From Malacoraja senta (taxonomy: Eukaryota): DNA of 64,000 nucleotides. This document shows, piece by piece, positions 53,079 to 64,000 of the stretch. Every line of letters starts with the position of its first letter. Position 1 is the first letter of the stretch. Under the pieces are notes generated by a model. The model saw only the letters and a program-made list of their open reading frames with translations, ran no database searches and was not told the DNA's origin. The stretch spans positions 25,360,001 through 25,424,000 of the forward strand of contig CM075988.1 of the NCBI GenBank assembly GCA_038087875.1, written 5' to 3'. The translations under genes were made by a program, and so were the position numbers.

Positions 53079-54840
53079 AAACCTAGCTAATCCAGGTCTC
53101 CTGGCTCCAGTGCCAGCAACATAAGTCTCCAATATGATCATGTTTCTCCTGGAGCGAGGTGACTGATAAGTTAATAGCCTAACAAATATAGAGATTCCAA
53201 AGTAGAGTCTCGTCCCCAAACGTTGCCTATCCATGCTCTCCGGAGATGCTGACTGACCCGCTGAGTTACTCCAGCACTTTTATCCTTTAGTGTACAAACC
53301 AGCATCTACAGTTCATTGTTTCTAATGTTGTAGACAGTTCTGGCAGAACCACCTTGCTTCTTGCTCTCAATCTTTGTACCTCAACTAAAAGGATAGCATC
53401 CCATTTGCCATATTAACCACATATTTACTACCCCTGCTGCCTTTGAATATCCCTTACAGATATCCACACTATTTATCACTCCCATTACTTCTAAGAATCC
53501 CTCTGTTTCTCCACATTATCAATATCTTCCCATTTATTTCCTTGCCTTATCACACTTTCCCAAACACTTCAGTTCAGTTTTAGTTTAGTTTATTGTGACG
53601 TGTAGGCCCATTCTTAGTCACGTATGTGACCAAATATATGAAAAATTGTGGAATACATCTCAAAGCATTACAGGTATATTGTTTTGTACTGTACACATGA
53701 TTCATATCTTTTTCGAAGTTTATCAAGTGAAAATGTTATGTTATGTTGACAATGTCCGTTTAGGGTCAGAGGTCAAATGTGACTGGTCACGTATGTGGCC
53801 GCACACAGAAACATTTTTTTTTTTTCCATAACTCAGTTTTATCTTACAAACTCTTGTGAATTTTTAAAAAGCTGGAATGTTCATATCTTTAGCAGACACG
53901 CATTATAGTTCTGCGAGTAGGAAAATAGCAATGAATAAGATTAATCTCTTACAATACTTTTTTTTAAATGTATCACATCGTGTGATGCCATCTGGTCACG
54001 TGTTGTGACATTTGGCTTCACTTTCCCAAGAGTGGCCCTGTAGTGAGGTACAGTGAAAAGCTTTTGTGTTGCGTGCTAACCAGTGAGTGGAAAGACGATA
54101 CATGATTACAATCGAGCCATTCACAGTGTACAGAAAGAAAGAAATGTTGCTGTCGGAGTAGAGATTTATAAAGAGTGGAGCAAGATTGTAGCCTCCTTTT
54201 GCTCTGGAATTTCATTTGATTCACATGCTTAATCGATAATGTTTTATTATTAATGTTTTATGTGTCATTCCTAACTGTCACTGTATATCATGTTGTCACT
54301 TGCGGGCAGAGCACCAAGGCAAATTCCTTGTATGTGAATACTTGGCCAATAAAACTCATTCATTCATTCATTCATTTACGGGTAGCACGTACAGAGTCGC
54401 CCGAGTTGGGCACCATCTTGAATCCTAGAGCCACTTCATTCATTGGAATCATTGGACACTTCATTGAATTGAATTTGTCATATTTCTATCAAGTGCCCAA
54501 CTTTCCACAGTAGATTTTCCTCCACCTCTCAATCGCACGGACAAGTTATGGGCAATGAGTGCAGTTTGCCCGTGGAAGCCCAAGACCTTCACCATAAGGT
54601 CCATTCAGCATAAGACCCAAACATTCCTAAGGAACCCCATTGAGTATTTATGCAAATGAAAGAACCATCTGGAAAATTATTAATAAAAAGGCAATATCCT
54701 TTCCAGATAATGCTATAGTCTGTTCTAATCTGAATAATACTTCTAGAACCAAGAAAGTAAATTGTCCCAGGAAATGTAAAACAAAATACAATCCTAGGCA
54801 AGAATTCTCTCCCAGCTGTGAAATGAATCCTCCATTATCC

Positions 54841-55514
54841 AGGCAGTGAAGAAAGCGAATGGTATGTTAGCTTTCATAGCAAAAGGATTTGAGTATAGGA
54901 GCAGGGAGGTTCTACTGCAGTTGTACAGGGTCTTGGTGAGACCACACCTGGAGTATTGCGTACAGTTTTGGTCTCCAAATCTGAGGAAGGACATTATTGC
55001 CATAGAGGGAGTGCAGAGAAGGTTCACCAGACTGATTCCTGGGATGGCAGGACTGTCTTATGAAGAAAGACTGGATAGACTTGGTTTATACTCTCTAGAA
55101 TTTAGGAGATTGAGAGGGGATCTTATAGAAACTTACAAAATTCTTAAGGGGTTGGACAGGCTAGATGCAGGAAGATTGCTCCCGATGTTGGGGAAGTCCA
55201 GGACAAGGGGTCACAGCTTAAGGATAAGAGGGAAATCCTTTAAAACCGAGATGAGAAGAACTTTTTTCACACAGAGAGTGGTGAATCTCTGGAACTCTCT
55301 GCCACAGAGGGTAGTCGAGGCCAGTTCATTGGCTATATTTAAGAGGGAGTTAGATGTGGCCCTTGTGGCTAAAGGGATCAGAGGGTATGGAGAGAAGGCA
55401 GGTACGGGATTCTGAGTTGGATGATCAGCCATGATCATATTGAATGGCGGTGCAGGCTCGAAGGGCCGAATGGCCTACTCCTGCACCTAATTTCTATGTT
55501 TCTATGTTTCTATG
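54841..55514 (+). mobile_element. Young CR1 (HER1-like) LINE 3' fragment, RT C-terminus in open frame
   Basis: ORF 54846..55415 LVRPHLEYCVQFWSP...VQRRFTRLIPG; (tttctatg)n tail. Confidence 0.95.
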
Positions 55515-55655
55515 AAGGTTGCAGGGTAATCTCAGAATCGGCTATCTCGTGCATCAGTCGGAAAGGAAGTACTCCTGTCTCACACACAAGGCAGAGGATA
55601 AAAACAACAGTTTCAGGAATTTAAACAGGAAAGACAAGCTGTCACTGAGAAATTG

Positions 55656-55872
55656 TTTAAGTAGGAACTGCAGATGCTGGAAAATCGAAGGTAGACAAAA
55701 ATGCTGGAGAAACTCAGCGGGTGCAGCAGCATCTATGGAGCGAAGGAAAGAGGCAAGGAAATAGGCAACGTTTCGGGCCGAAACCCAAAGGGTTTCGGGC
55801 CGAAACGTTGCCTATTTCCTTCGCTCCGTAGATGCTGCTGCACCCGCTGAGTTTCTCCAGCATTTTTTGTCT
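55656..55872. mobile_element. Palindromic PLE repeat with TSD actgagaaat
   Basis: Inverted arms; TSD at 55644-55653 and 55873-55882. Confidence 0.85.
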
Positions 55873-56411
55873 ACTGAGAAATACTTTTACAACGGGTGAA
55901 CAACAGCTGAAGGTTTGGACCACGAAGAAACAGCTGGATGTTCAAAGGGTGAAATTGGAAGTAATTTGTTGGCATATTCTTATCTTGTTATCTCACTATT
56001 TTGTTTAGAGATCAACAAGGAATGTCCGACACCCTTTCAATCCATCTTCTGCGGGTTAGACATTTAGTGCATAAGTTTGATAATTCGACAAGTTATTAAT
56101 GGGCATGAAAAATGCTCCAAGGTCATTTCTCACTGGTTTATTGAGGGAGGTTTAAACTCACTGTTGACGTTATATCCTTTGAGAATTCCCAGTGGCTCAC
56201 CAATGTTCATGGAATCATTGGAGAGAAGGAATGGGTGATGTTTCAGGTCGAGATCCATCTTCAGAAGCTTCACCCATTCCTTCCCTCCAGAGATGCTGCC
56301 TGAGTTCCTCCAGCATTTTGTGACTATCTTTGGTGTAAACCAGCATCTGCAGTTCCTTCCTACATATTTATGGAATAGTAAAGGCAGCCAATTATGTGTC
56401 TGGCAGCACCA

Positions 56412-57205
56412 TATGGTGCCAGCACAACAACCTGGCCCTCAACACCAGCAAAACCAAGGAACTGATTGTGGACTTTGGAAGGAGTAGGATGGGGACCCAC
56501 AGTCCCGTTTATATCAATGGGTTGATGGTTGAAAGGGTCAAGAGCTTCAAATTCCTGGGCGTGCACATCTCTGAAGATCTTTCCTGGTCCGAGAACAATG
56601 ATGCCATTATTAAGAAAGCACATCAGCGCCTCTACTTCCTGAGAAGATTACGGAGAGTCGGTTTGTCAAGGAGGACTCTCTCTAACTTCTACAGGTGCAC
56701 AGTAGAGAGCATGCTGACCGGTTGCATCGTGGCTTGGTTCGGCAACTTGAGTGCCCTGGAGAGGAAAAGACTACAAAAAGTAGTAAACACTGCCCAGTCC
56801 ATCATCGGCTCTGACCTCCCTTCCATCGAGGGGATCTACCACAGTCGCTGCCTCAAAAAGGCTGGCAGCATCATCAAGGACCCACACCATCCTAGCCACA
56901 CACTCATCTCCCTACTACCTTCAGGTAGAAGGTACAGGAGCCTGAAGACTGCAACGACCAGGTTCAGGAACAGCTACTTCCCCACAGCCATCAGGCTATT
57001 AAACCTGGCTCAGACATAACACTGAACTTTACTAGCCAATACTGTTATTTGCACTTTATCAGTATATTGACCATTGTGTATATATTTATAGAATGCCTTG
57101 TAGTAAATGCCTACTATGTTCTGTTGTGCTCAAGCAAAGCAAGAATTTCATTGTCCTACCAGGGACACATGACAATAAACTCACTTGACACTTGACTTGA
57201 CTTTG
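56412..57205 (+). mobile_element. Rex1/Babar-type LINE 3' fragment in open frame
   Basis: ORF 56396..57019; near-identical inverted copy of 45527-46287. Confidence 0.9.
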
Positions 57206-57910
57206 ACAGGATTAGCCCATTTGCCCGACTTCCGTTCCACACAACCTTGCTAATATTTCCTTCATCCACTTGCTTTCGAAACACTTAACTGTTAACCCTT
57301 AACTTAACTATTTGGTGGCAGCCAATGAAGTGCTCTTGAAGTGCCACTGATCTTGTAGTGCAGAAAGCCAAGCAAACTCACATAAACCAACACCTCAGCA
57401 CAGATCAGGGTTCCAACACGTTCCCGGATTACACAATTCCTTGAAAGGTCAATGGACAAGATCACCTGGTCCATCCTGGACTCAAACGTACCTCAGGACA
57501 AAACGACTGAACCCAGACCCACCAACACCCGATGCCATCTTCACCAAAGAAGACCATTTTAACACAAGCAATATTGCAAAGGACTATTAACAAAATTAGC
57601 AATGAATATGTTCAATCAAAGGGTTGTAGATAAGACATGACACCATGTTCAATAAACACAAATTAATGGTGGCATGCAAAAGGAAATTAGATAAACACTT
57701 AGTAATACAGGAAATAAGATGAATGATGATGGAGCAAAACTGATAAAACGTCAACTTCTAAAATGCCCGGTTCTTCTGACTTTGTCTCGTTCCCCCTCCC
57801 CCCCTCGCTGCCCCAAACCCCCATATACACTAATACTCTCACAATGAATGGCTCTTTCAGATTCAAGCACTCTGATCCAAGCCAAGGAAACAGAATAGAA
57901 AATATTAATA

Positions 57911-58001
57911 GGTACACAAAAATGCTGGAGAAACTCAGCGGGTGCAGCAGCATCTATGGAGCGAAGGAAATAGGTAACGTTTCGGGCCGAAACCCTTCCT
58001 C
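57911..58001 (-). mobile_element. Short PLE repeat with 14-bp TSD agaaaatattaata
   Basis: TSD at 57897-57910 and 58002-58015. Confidence 0.87.
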
Positions 58002-58003
58002 AG
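57976..58003 (-). ncRNA. Minimal hammerhead-like core, sense to UBASH3B (intron 1)
   Basis: Reverse complement ctgaggaagggtttcggcccgaaacgtt. Confidence 0.55.
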
Positions 58004-59348
58004 AAAATATTAATAATCAGGATGTGAAACGCAAGGCTGCCGATTCTGAATATAAGCACCGTTATGTATCTCACATTTAGCCAAGTCACACATTCATTTA
58101 TATACAGCCATGGCGAGCAAAATGGTGATGACTTCCCCGTTGATTTTGTCAATCAGGTCAAGATGTGGGGGTGAGTGGTGAATGTGCTCGGCGAGGCAAG
58201 AGATCACAATACCATCTCCACAACCTGCTGCTCAAAGATGAGTTTATTAAAAGCATCCCCACCCTCTCTTCCCGCAGCCAACCCAAGCCGCTGTGGTTAT
58301 CCAGTCCCACTGAATAGACTTGTTTTCTGACAAGTGGCAGGAAGAGTTTGAGGAAGTCATGACCACTTCTTCACTGTAATTAACTCCAGCAAGCTGCTTC
58401 GAGAGTTTCTCAGCAGCATCAGATAACGACACCATTTATGACACCATAAAACAGTCAAGACGACACTGAATTCCTTCAACATTTCATTCCAATTAACGTT
58501 TGTATTAATCATTCCATCGCCTGTTTGTACGGAATATTTGCCAAGGTTGTCTACAACAATAAAATGGATCTATACGACACCTATGATACATTCCAATGAG
58601 TTTTGAAGGCAGCACAGTTGTACAGCTGCCCCACACCACCAGATTAAACTGTTAAAGAGTCAAAAATATTTGTACTAATTAATGTACAGTTAATTAGTGG
58701 CACACCAGAGCCCCCGTCTCACAGCGTCTCAAAGGGCAAGATCACTCCTGACTTCAGGTTCTGTCTGTGTGGAGTTCCCCAGCACACTCCCTGTAACTGT
58801 GTGGGTTTCCTCCAGGTGCTCTGGTTTCTTCCCCACATCCCCAAGATGTGCCGGTGGGTAGGTCAATTGTCCACAATGGCAGAATCTGGGGCAGGGGAAG
58901 AAAAGGTCACAGGGGGAGAAAAGAGGCGGGGCAAATGGCTTCCTCTGTGGACCGAACGGCCTCTTCCCAAGTCTTAGGGAAATATACAAACCTCCCTCGA
59001 CAAAGTGGCCCAGTTTAATGCAGGACTGGGGGGATGGGGGAGGGGGGAGGGGGATGGGGGGAAAGTCAATACTTTGGTCAATGCTGGAGGAACAATATTT
59101 TGCTGATCGCACAGACCAGGAACAAAAACGCTATTCCAGTAACACTTAAATATAGTTTCATAGAAATGTAATTACTTCCCCAAAAGAGTCTTGTGATTAT
59201 TAATGCCGAATCTACAGTGTTGTCAAGAACAGTATTTGTTTCTAAAGCAGCTTGCTTGCAGGATTGCACTAGTCTTGTTGGTAATGGGTCCAGCACACAC
59301 ACTAAAGGGCCTGTCCCACTTGGCCATTTTATCGGCGATGTATCAGAA

Positions 59349-59843
59349 CACTACACCTCCTGACACTACACCCCCTCACACTCCACCCCCTCACACTCCA
59401 CCCCCCCCCTCCCACTCCACCCCCCCTCCCACTCACCCCCCCTCCCACTCCACCCCCCCCTCCCACTCCACCCCCCCCTCCCACTCCACCCCCCCCTCCC
59501 ACTCCACACCCCCCTCACACTCCACCCCCCCTCCCACTCCACCCCCTCCCACCCCACCCCCTCACACTACACCTCCTGACACTCCACCCCCTCCCACCCC
59601 ACCCCCTCACACTCCACCCCCTCACACTCCACCCCCTCACACTCCACCCCCCTCCCACTCCACCCCCTCCCACTCCACCCCCTCCCACTCCACCCCCTCC
59701 CACTCCACCCCCTCCCACTCCACCCCCCTCACACCCCACCCCCTCACACTACACCTCCTGACACTCCACCCCCTCCCACTCCACCCCCCTCACACTCCAC
59801 CCCCTCACACTCCACCCCCCTCACACTCCACCCCCTCCCACAT
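59349..59843 (+). repeat. C-rich minisatellite, about 15-bp unit (ccccctcccactcca)
   Basis: Seen directly; lies just after a lone MITE terminus at 59303. Confidence 0.95.
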
Positions 59844-60662
59844 TCCGCCACCATGTCAAAGTCTAATTTTACTCCTGTTTTTTGTTCCCTCGATTCCAAA
59901 ACCAAGCTGCTGTACAAGATGGGAGATGTGCATCAGGGCAGAGGGCTGATCTACCCACTATCTACATCTTTGGTCACCCTCAGTCTCAGTCACCAACCCT
60001 TGATCGGACTTTGCTGGCTTTACCTTGCGCTAAACATTATTCCCTTATCATGCATCTATACGCTGTAAATACCACGATTGTAATCACGTTGCTGACAGGT
60101 CAGTACGCAACTAAAGTTTTCCACTGTACCTCGGTACACGTGACAATAAACTAAACTGATCTTCCAGGTTTAGTGGTCGGGTCAAACTCTGTTTAGGAGG
60201 TCAGCCCTCGTCCAAACAACATTCACTCTGGTCTGTGAATGATGCCAGAACCAGAGGCACAAAAGCTCGCTGTGGAGCCTTCCTTCAGCGTACGTACGCC
60301 AGAGTCTACACGTTGATCGCAAAGTTCACTATTAATTAAACCACAGCCAATTGTTGCAGGCGACTTGGAAGAAAACGTATGAAAAAACCCCCCAGAGTCT
60401 CGGCCTGAACGTGGATCACTGGCTCATTTACATTCACTGCCCACATAAACGGCATGGCTCCCTGAATTAATTAAACCCTCCAAATCTGGTTACATGCAAA
60501 TTAACTTATTTCCAACCTAAACATCTGATACGTATTGGTCTCAGTTGGGAACATCACCACCACTGGCTTCACCCCCCGTTAAACACAACGGCATTTAGTT
60601 ACACCTGTACTAACATTCGCTGCAGACTGCAGTATGGTCTGATCATTCCCTGCCGGGCAGCA

Positions 60663-60965
60663 CCAATAGACAATAGACAACAGGTGCAGGAGTAGGCCAT
60701 TTGGCCCTTCGAGCCAGCACCGCCATTCAATGTGATCATGGCTGATCATCCCCAATCAGTACCCCATTCCTGCCTTCTCCCCTGACTCCACTATTTTTAA
60801 GAGCCCTATCTAGCTCTCTCTTGAAAGCATCCAGAGAACCGGCCTCCACCGCCCTCCGAGGCAGAGAATTCCACAGACTCACCACTCTCTGTGTGAAAAA
60901 GCGTTTCCTCGTCTCCGTTCTAAATGGCTTACCCCTTATTCTTAAACTGTGGCCCCTGGTTCTGG
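60663..60965 (-). mobile_element. CR1 3' fragment
   Basis: (ctattgt)n tail, similar to 15776-16070. Confidence 0.87.
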
Positions 60966-60989
60966 AAGTCGGGTTCAGGGTAAGTAATT

Positions 60990-61530
60990 AATTTTTATTT
61001 ATATAGCACATTTAAATCAACTCGCTTTGAAACCAAAGTGCTGTACATAGAAGAGATTGGGTTTCCATACATCCGTACAAAATAAAAAAGAAAAGACACA
61101 ACACACGAGAGAATTTAACATGAACGTCCCCCCCACAGCAGATTCAGCGTTTCCCACTGGGAGGGAAGGCAGTAAAAAGTCCAGTCCTCTTCCTCTGTGT
61201 TCACCCGTGGTCGGGGCCTATTTGAGGCCTCCACAGTCCCCGATGTTTCAGGCCCTCTCCCCGGATGATGGAACTCCAGCGTCGGAGAGAACACTCTCAG
61301 CGGCATTGGAGTTTCCGAATCGGCCGCTTCCTACCGGAGACCGCGGCTCCCGAAGTCCACAGGCCGTGCTGGGCGGGAGATTCACACTGGCGAGATCTCG
61401 GCGTGAGATCCCAGGCCTCCGCGATGTAAAGTCAGCGCCGCCCGCGGCTGGAAGGTCCGCAGACCACAGCTCCGCGATGTTGGAGTCAGCGGTCTCAGCA
61501 CTCCTGGATTTCCTCCGTGACCCCCCCTCA
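60990..61530 (-). mobile_element. GC-rich non-autonomous retroposon with L2-type 3' end
   Basis: Reverse complement ends ...aaatgtgctatataaataaa, as the L2 tail at about 32262-32280 does. Confidence 0.6.
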
Positions 61531-61964
61531 CGGTCAGACAATCTCACCTGGGTGACCTGCCCTTGGGAGTGGGCAGATGCAGTGGGGAGAACATGGATGG
61601 AATATATCAACACCCCCCACCCCCCATTCCCCTCTCTCCTCTACTTACAAGGTGCCAGAGTCAACAGTGTGGAAATAGTTGCCGGGTGTGGAATAATGGG
61701 GAAAATGGACTGATTATCCAATTACAGGTTCCGAATTGATCAATGGATTTGATTGGCCAGGAAGAGAGGACATGGTTGTTCAGGCTGGGAAGTCCGAGAG
61801 GAAAGAAAATGCCCAGGACCAAGATCAGGAAACCATTCCTCATGCACGGTGGAAATATGGTGTCATTCCCCCCAAAAATCCACAGAGGCTGGAGTTTAGT
61901 TGAAAATGTTAAACTCGAGGCTCATTAACAGCCTCCGGTTCTAAAGGAGGGTTAGGAGACCAGG

Positions 61965-62271
61965 TTAAGTAATACAGAGCAGAAACAGGCCCTTCGGCCC
62001 ACCGAGTCCACGCCGATCAGCGATCACCCGAGAGGACAATAAAGGGCTATCTATCTAATCTACACTAGAACTATCCTACACACACTCGGGACAATTTACA
62101 ATTTTTCAGAAGCCAATTAACCTACAAACCCTGTATGTCTTTGAAATGTGGGAGGAAACCGGTGCACCTGGTGAAAACCCACGTGGTCATGGGGAGAATG
62201 CACAAACTCTGTTCCGGATCGAACCCGGGGCACTTGCGCTGAAAGGCAGCAACTCTACCACTGTGCCACCC
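61965..62271 (-). mobile_element. V-SINE (HE1-like)
   Basis: tRNA-like head, V core and tail. Confidence 0.85.
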
Positions 62272-62616
62272 ATTAAGATGGAGCAAAGAGCAATATTAGC
62301 CGTGATGTGAGTGAGGGGGGTAAAATGGGATTGATGGGCCGAATGGCTTCCTCAGTTCCCATCAATACAAATCCTACAACTGAGCAGACACACTGCAGGC
62401 AGCCAACCAGCCACTGTGGTGTCACCTGGCCCAACCAAGTGAGCATCTCTCTCTGCTGCTCCAACTATTGGCTTGCCACCACGAGAGGGGCCAGCTGATC
62501 ATGTGGCCAGGACTATAACACACCACCATCTGTTGGAGACAGCACAGCAACTAAAACAGCTTTCATTTTCAAAAATCCCATGCTGTCAGCCAGCTGCCCA
62601 TGCAGAACAAGATGCC

Positions 62617-63150
62617 CCATCTACACTAGTCCCACCTGCCCGTATTTGGCACAAATCTCTCTAAACCTTTCCTATCCAGGTACCTGTTTAATTGTTATAG
62701 TATTTAAGAAGGAACTGCAGATGCTGGAAAATCGAAGGTAGACAAAAGTGCTGGAGAAACTCAGCGGGTGCAGCAGCATCTATGGAGCGAAGGAAATAGG
62801 CAACGTTTCGGCCCGAAACCCTTCCGGGTTTCGGCCCGAAACGTTGCCTATTTCCTTCCGGGTTTCGGCCCGAAACGTTGCCTATTTCCTTCAGGGTTTC
62901 GGCCCGAAACGTTGCCTGTTTCCTTCGCTCCATAGATGCTGCTCCACCCGCTGAGTTTCTCCAGCACTTTTGTCCAATTGTTATAGTATCTGCCTCACCT
63001 GCTCCTCTGGCAGTTTGTTCCATACACCCACCACCCTCTGTGTGAAACAAAAAGACCCTCATTTTTATATTAAATGTTTCCTATCTCACCTTAAACCGAT
63101 GCTCTCAGCTTCTCGATTCCCCTACTCTGAGTAAAAGACTGTCCCCTTCA
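62617..63150 (-). mobile_element. Old CR1 fragment interrupted by a palindromic PLE repeat (62704-62975; TSD aattgttatagtat)
   Basis: TSD at about 62690-62703 and 62976-62989; CR1 sequence continues across the insertion. Confidence 0.85.
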
Positions 63151-64000
63151 TCGAAAGCCCTAATTTTTTAATACACCTCTATACTCCTGTCTGCTCAGTG
63201 TGCGGCTCGTGTCATTGACGTACAAGACGAATCGGTTTCACCGAGAATGTCCATTGCATCAAAATAATCTCCACGCCACCACTACCTCATTGGAGACCTC
63301 TGGTCAAACTTTATGGGACTTTGATGTTATATCTTGCACTAAATGTGTGTCTTTACCTGTGCAATGTGGACGTCTGGATTGTATCCATGCAGTCTTTTTG
63401 ACTGGATAGCACGCAAGCAAAGGTTTTCACTGTTCCTCAATACTGGTGATGATAACAAACCCAACTAACAAAAACTTTTCCACAACAGGCAAACAATTTG
63501 TTCGGATGTTTTAAAATTACGTCACCAGGCATCCCAACCAACACTTTTTCATAGAAACATAGAAACATAGAAAATAGGTGCAGGAGGAGGCCATTCGGCC
63601 CTTCGAGCCAGCACCGCCATTCATTGTGATCATGGCTGATCGTCCCCAATCAATAACCCGTGCCTATAGAAGTTCACACAGAGTCTGTGGAATTCTCTTC
63701 CTCAGAGGACAGTGGAGGCCGGTTCTCTGGATACTTTCAAGAGAGAGTTAGATGGAGCTCTTACAGATTGCGGAGTCAGGGGATATGGGGAGAAGGCAGG
63801 AACGGGGTACTGATTATGGATGATCAGCCATGATCACATTGAATGGCGGCGCTGGCTCGAAGGGCCGAATGGCCTACTCCTGCACCTATTGTCTATTGTC
63901 TCCCGTCATTGCAAGAAGATAAAAGGTTTGGATAATGTTGGACAAAGCCAGATGAGGCCAGCTAGCAGAACTGCAGAACCTGTCCTGGTTTGTGGAGGTG

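Noticed and set aside
53595..54015. Repeated gtcacgtatgtg motifs, possible DNA-transposon remnant
   Set aside because: Could not define termini or a TSD.
54846..57019. Open RT-like ORFs as active retrotransposons or host genes
   Set aside because: Only 5'-truncated C-terminal fragments lacking the catalytic RT core and endonuclease.
59203..59949. 248-aa Pro/Thr/His-rich ORF
   Set aside because: Translation of the C-rich minisatellite; no splice or homology support.
61057..61713. 218-aa plus-strand ORF
   Set aside because: Largely antisense to a GC-rich retroposon; low stop density explains its length.
62800..62925. Short regularly repeated palindromic units resembling a CRISPR array
   Set aside because: Tandem slippage copies inside a PLE repeat, no unique spacers, vertebrate context.
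43750..64000. Search for UBASH3B exon 1 (LDVLLSMGFP-like)
   Set aside because: No matching segment seen; exon 1 is presumably outside the window.

Overview
Vertebrate genomic DNA, most likely from a cartilaginous fish such as a skate or ray. This is inferred from abundant HE1/V-SINE-type SINEs and CR1/HER1-type LINE tails. The window holds coding exons 2-14 of UBASH3B (STS-1/TULA-2) on the minus strand (43749 down to the stop at 9049). All introns are GT-AG, the reading phase is continuous, and exon sizes match my recollection of the human gene. Exon 1 lies beyond the right edge, so 43750-64000 is intron 1. The introns are packed with CR1, Rex1/Babar and L2 LINE fragments, V-SINEs, palindromic MITEs, and dozens of short Penelope-like (PLE) pieces, often palindromic and carrying minimal hammerhead-ribozyme cores. 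The most notable finding is a TSD-flanked insertion in intron 5 (29364-30252). It is an inverted copy of about 800 bp of intron 1 ending exactly at a Penelope terminus, apparently Penelope-driven retrocopying of the host pre-mRNA back into the same gene. Also seen: a CR1 tail that appears to supply the exon 7 branch point, a MITE with a fold-back template switch, a 92-bp duplication flanking a CR1 insertion, and a possible decayed gene at the left end.
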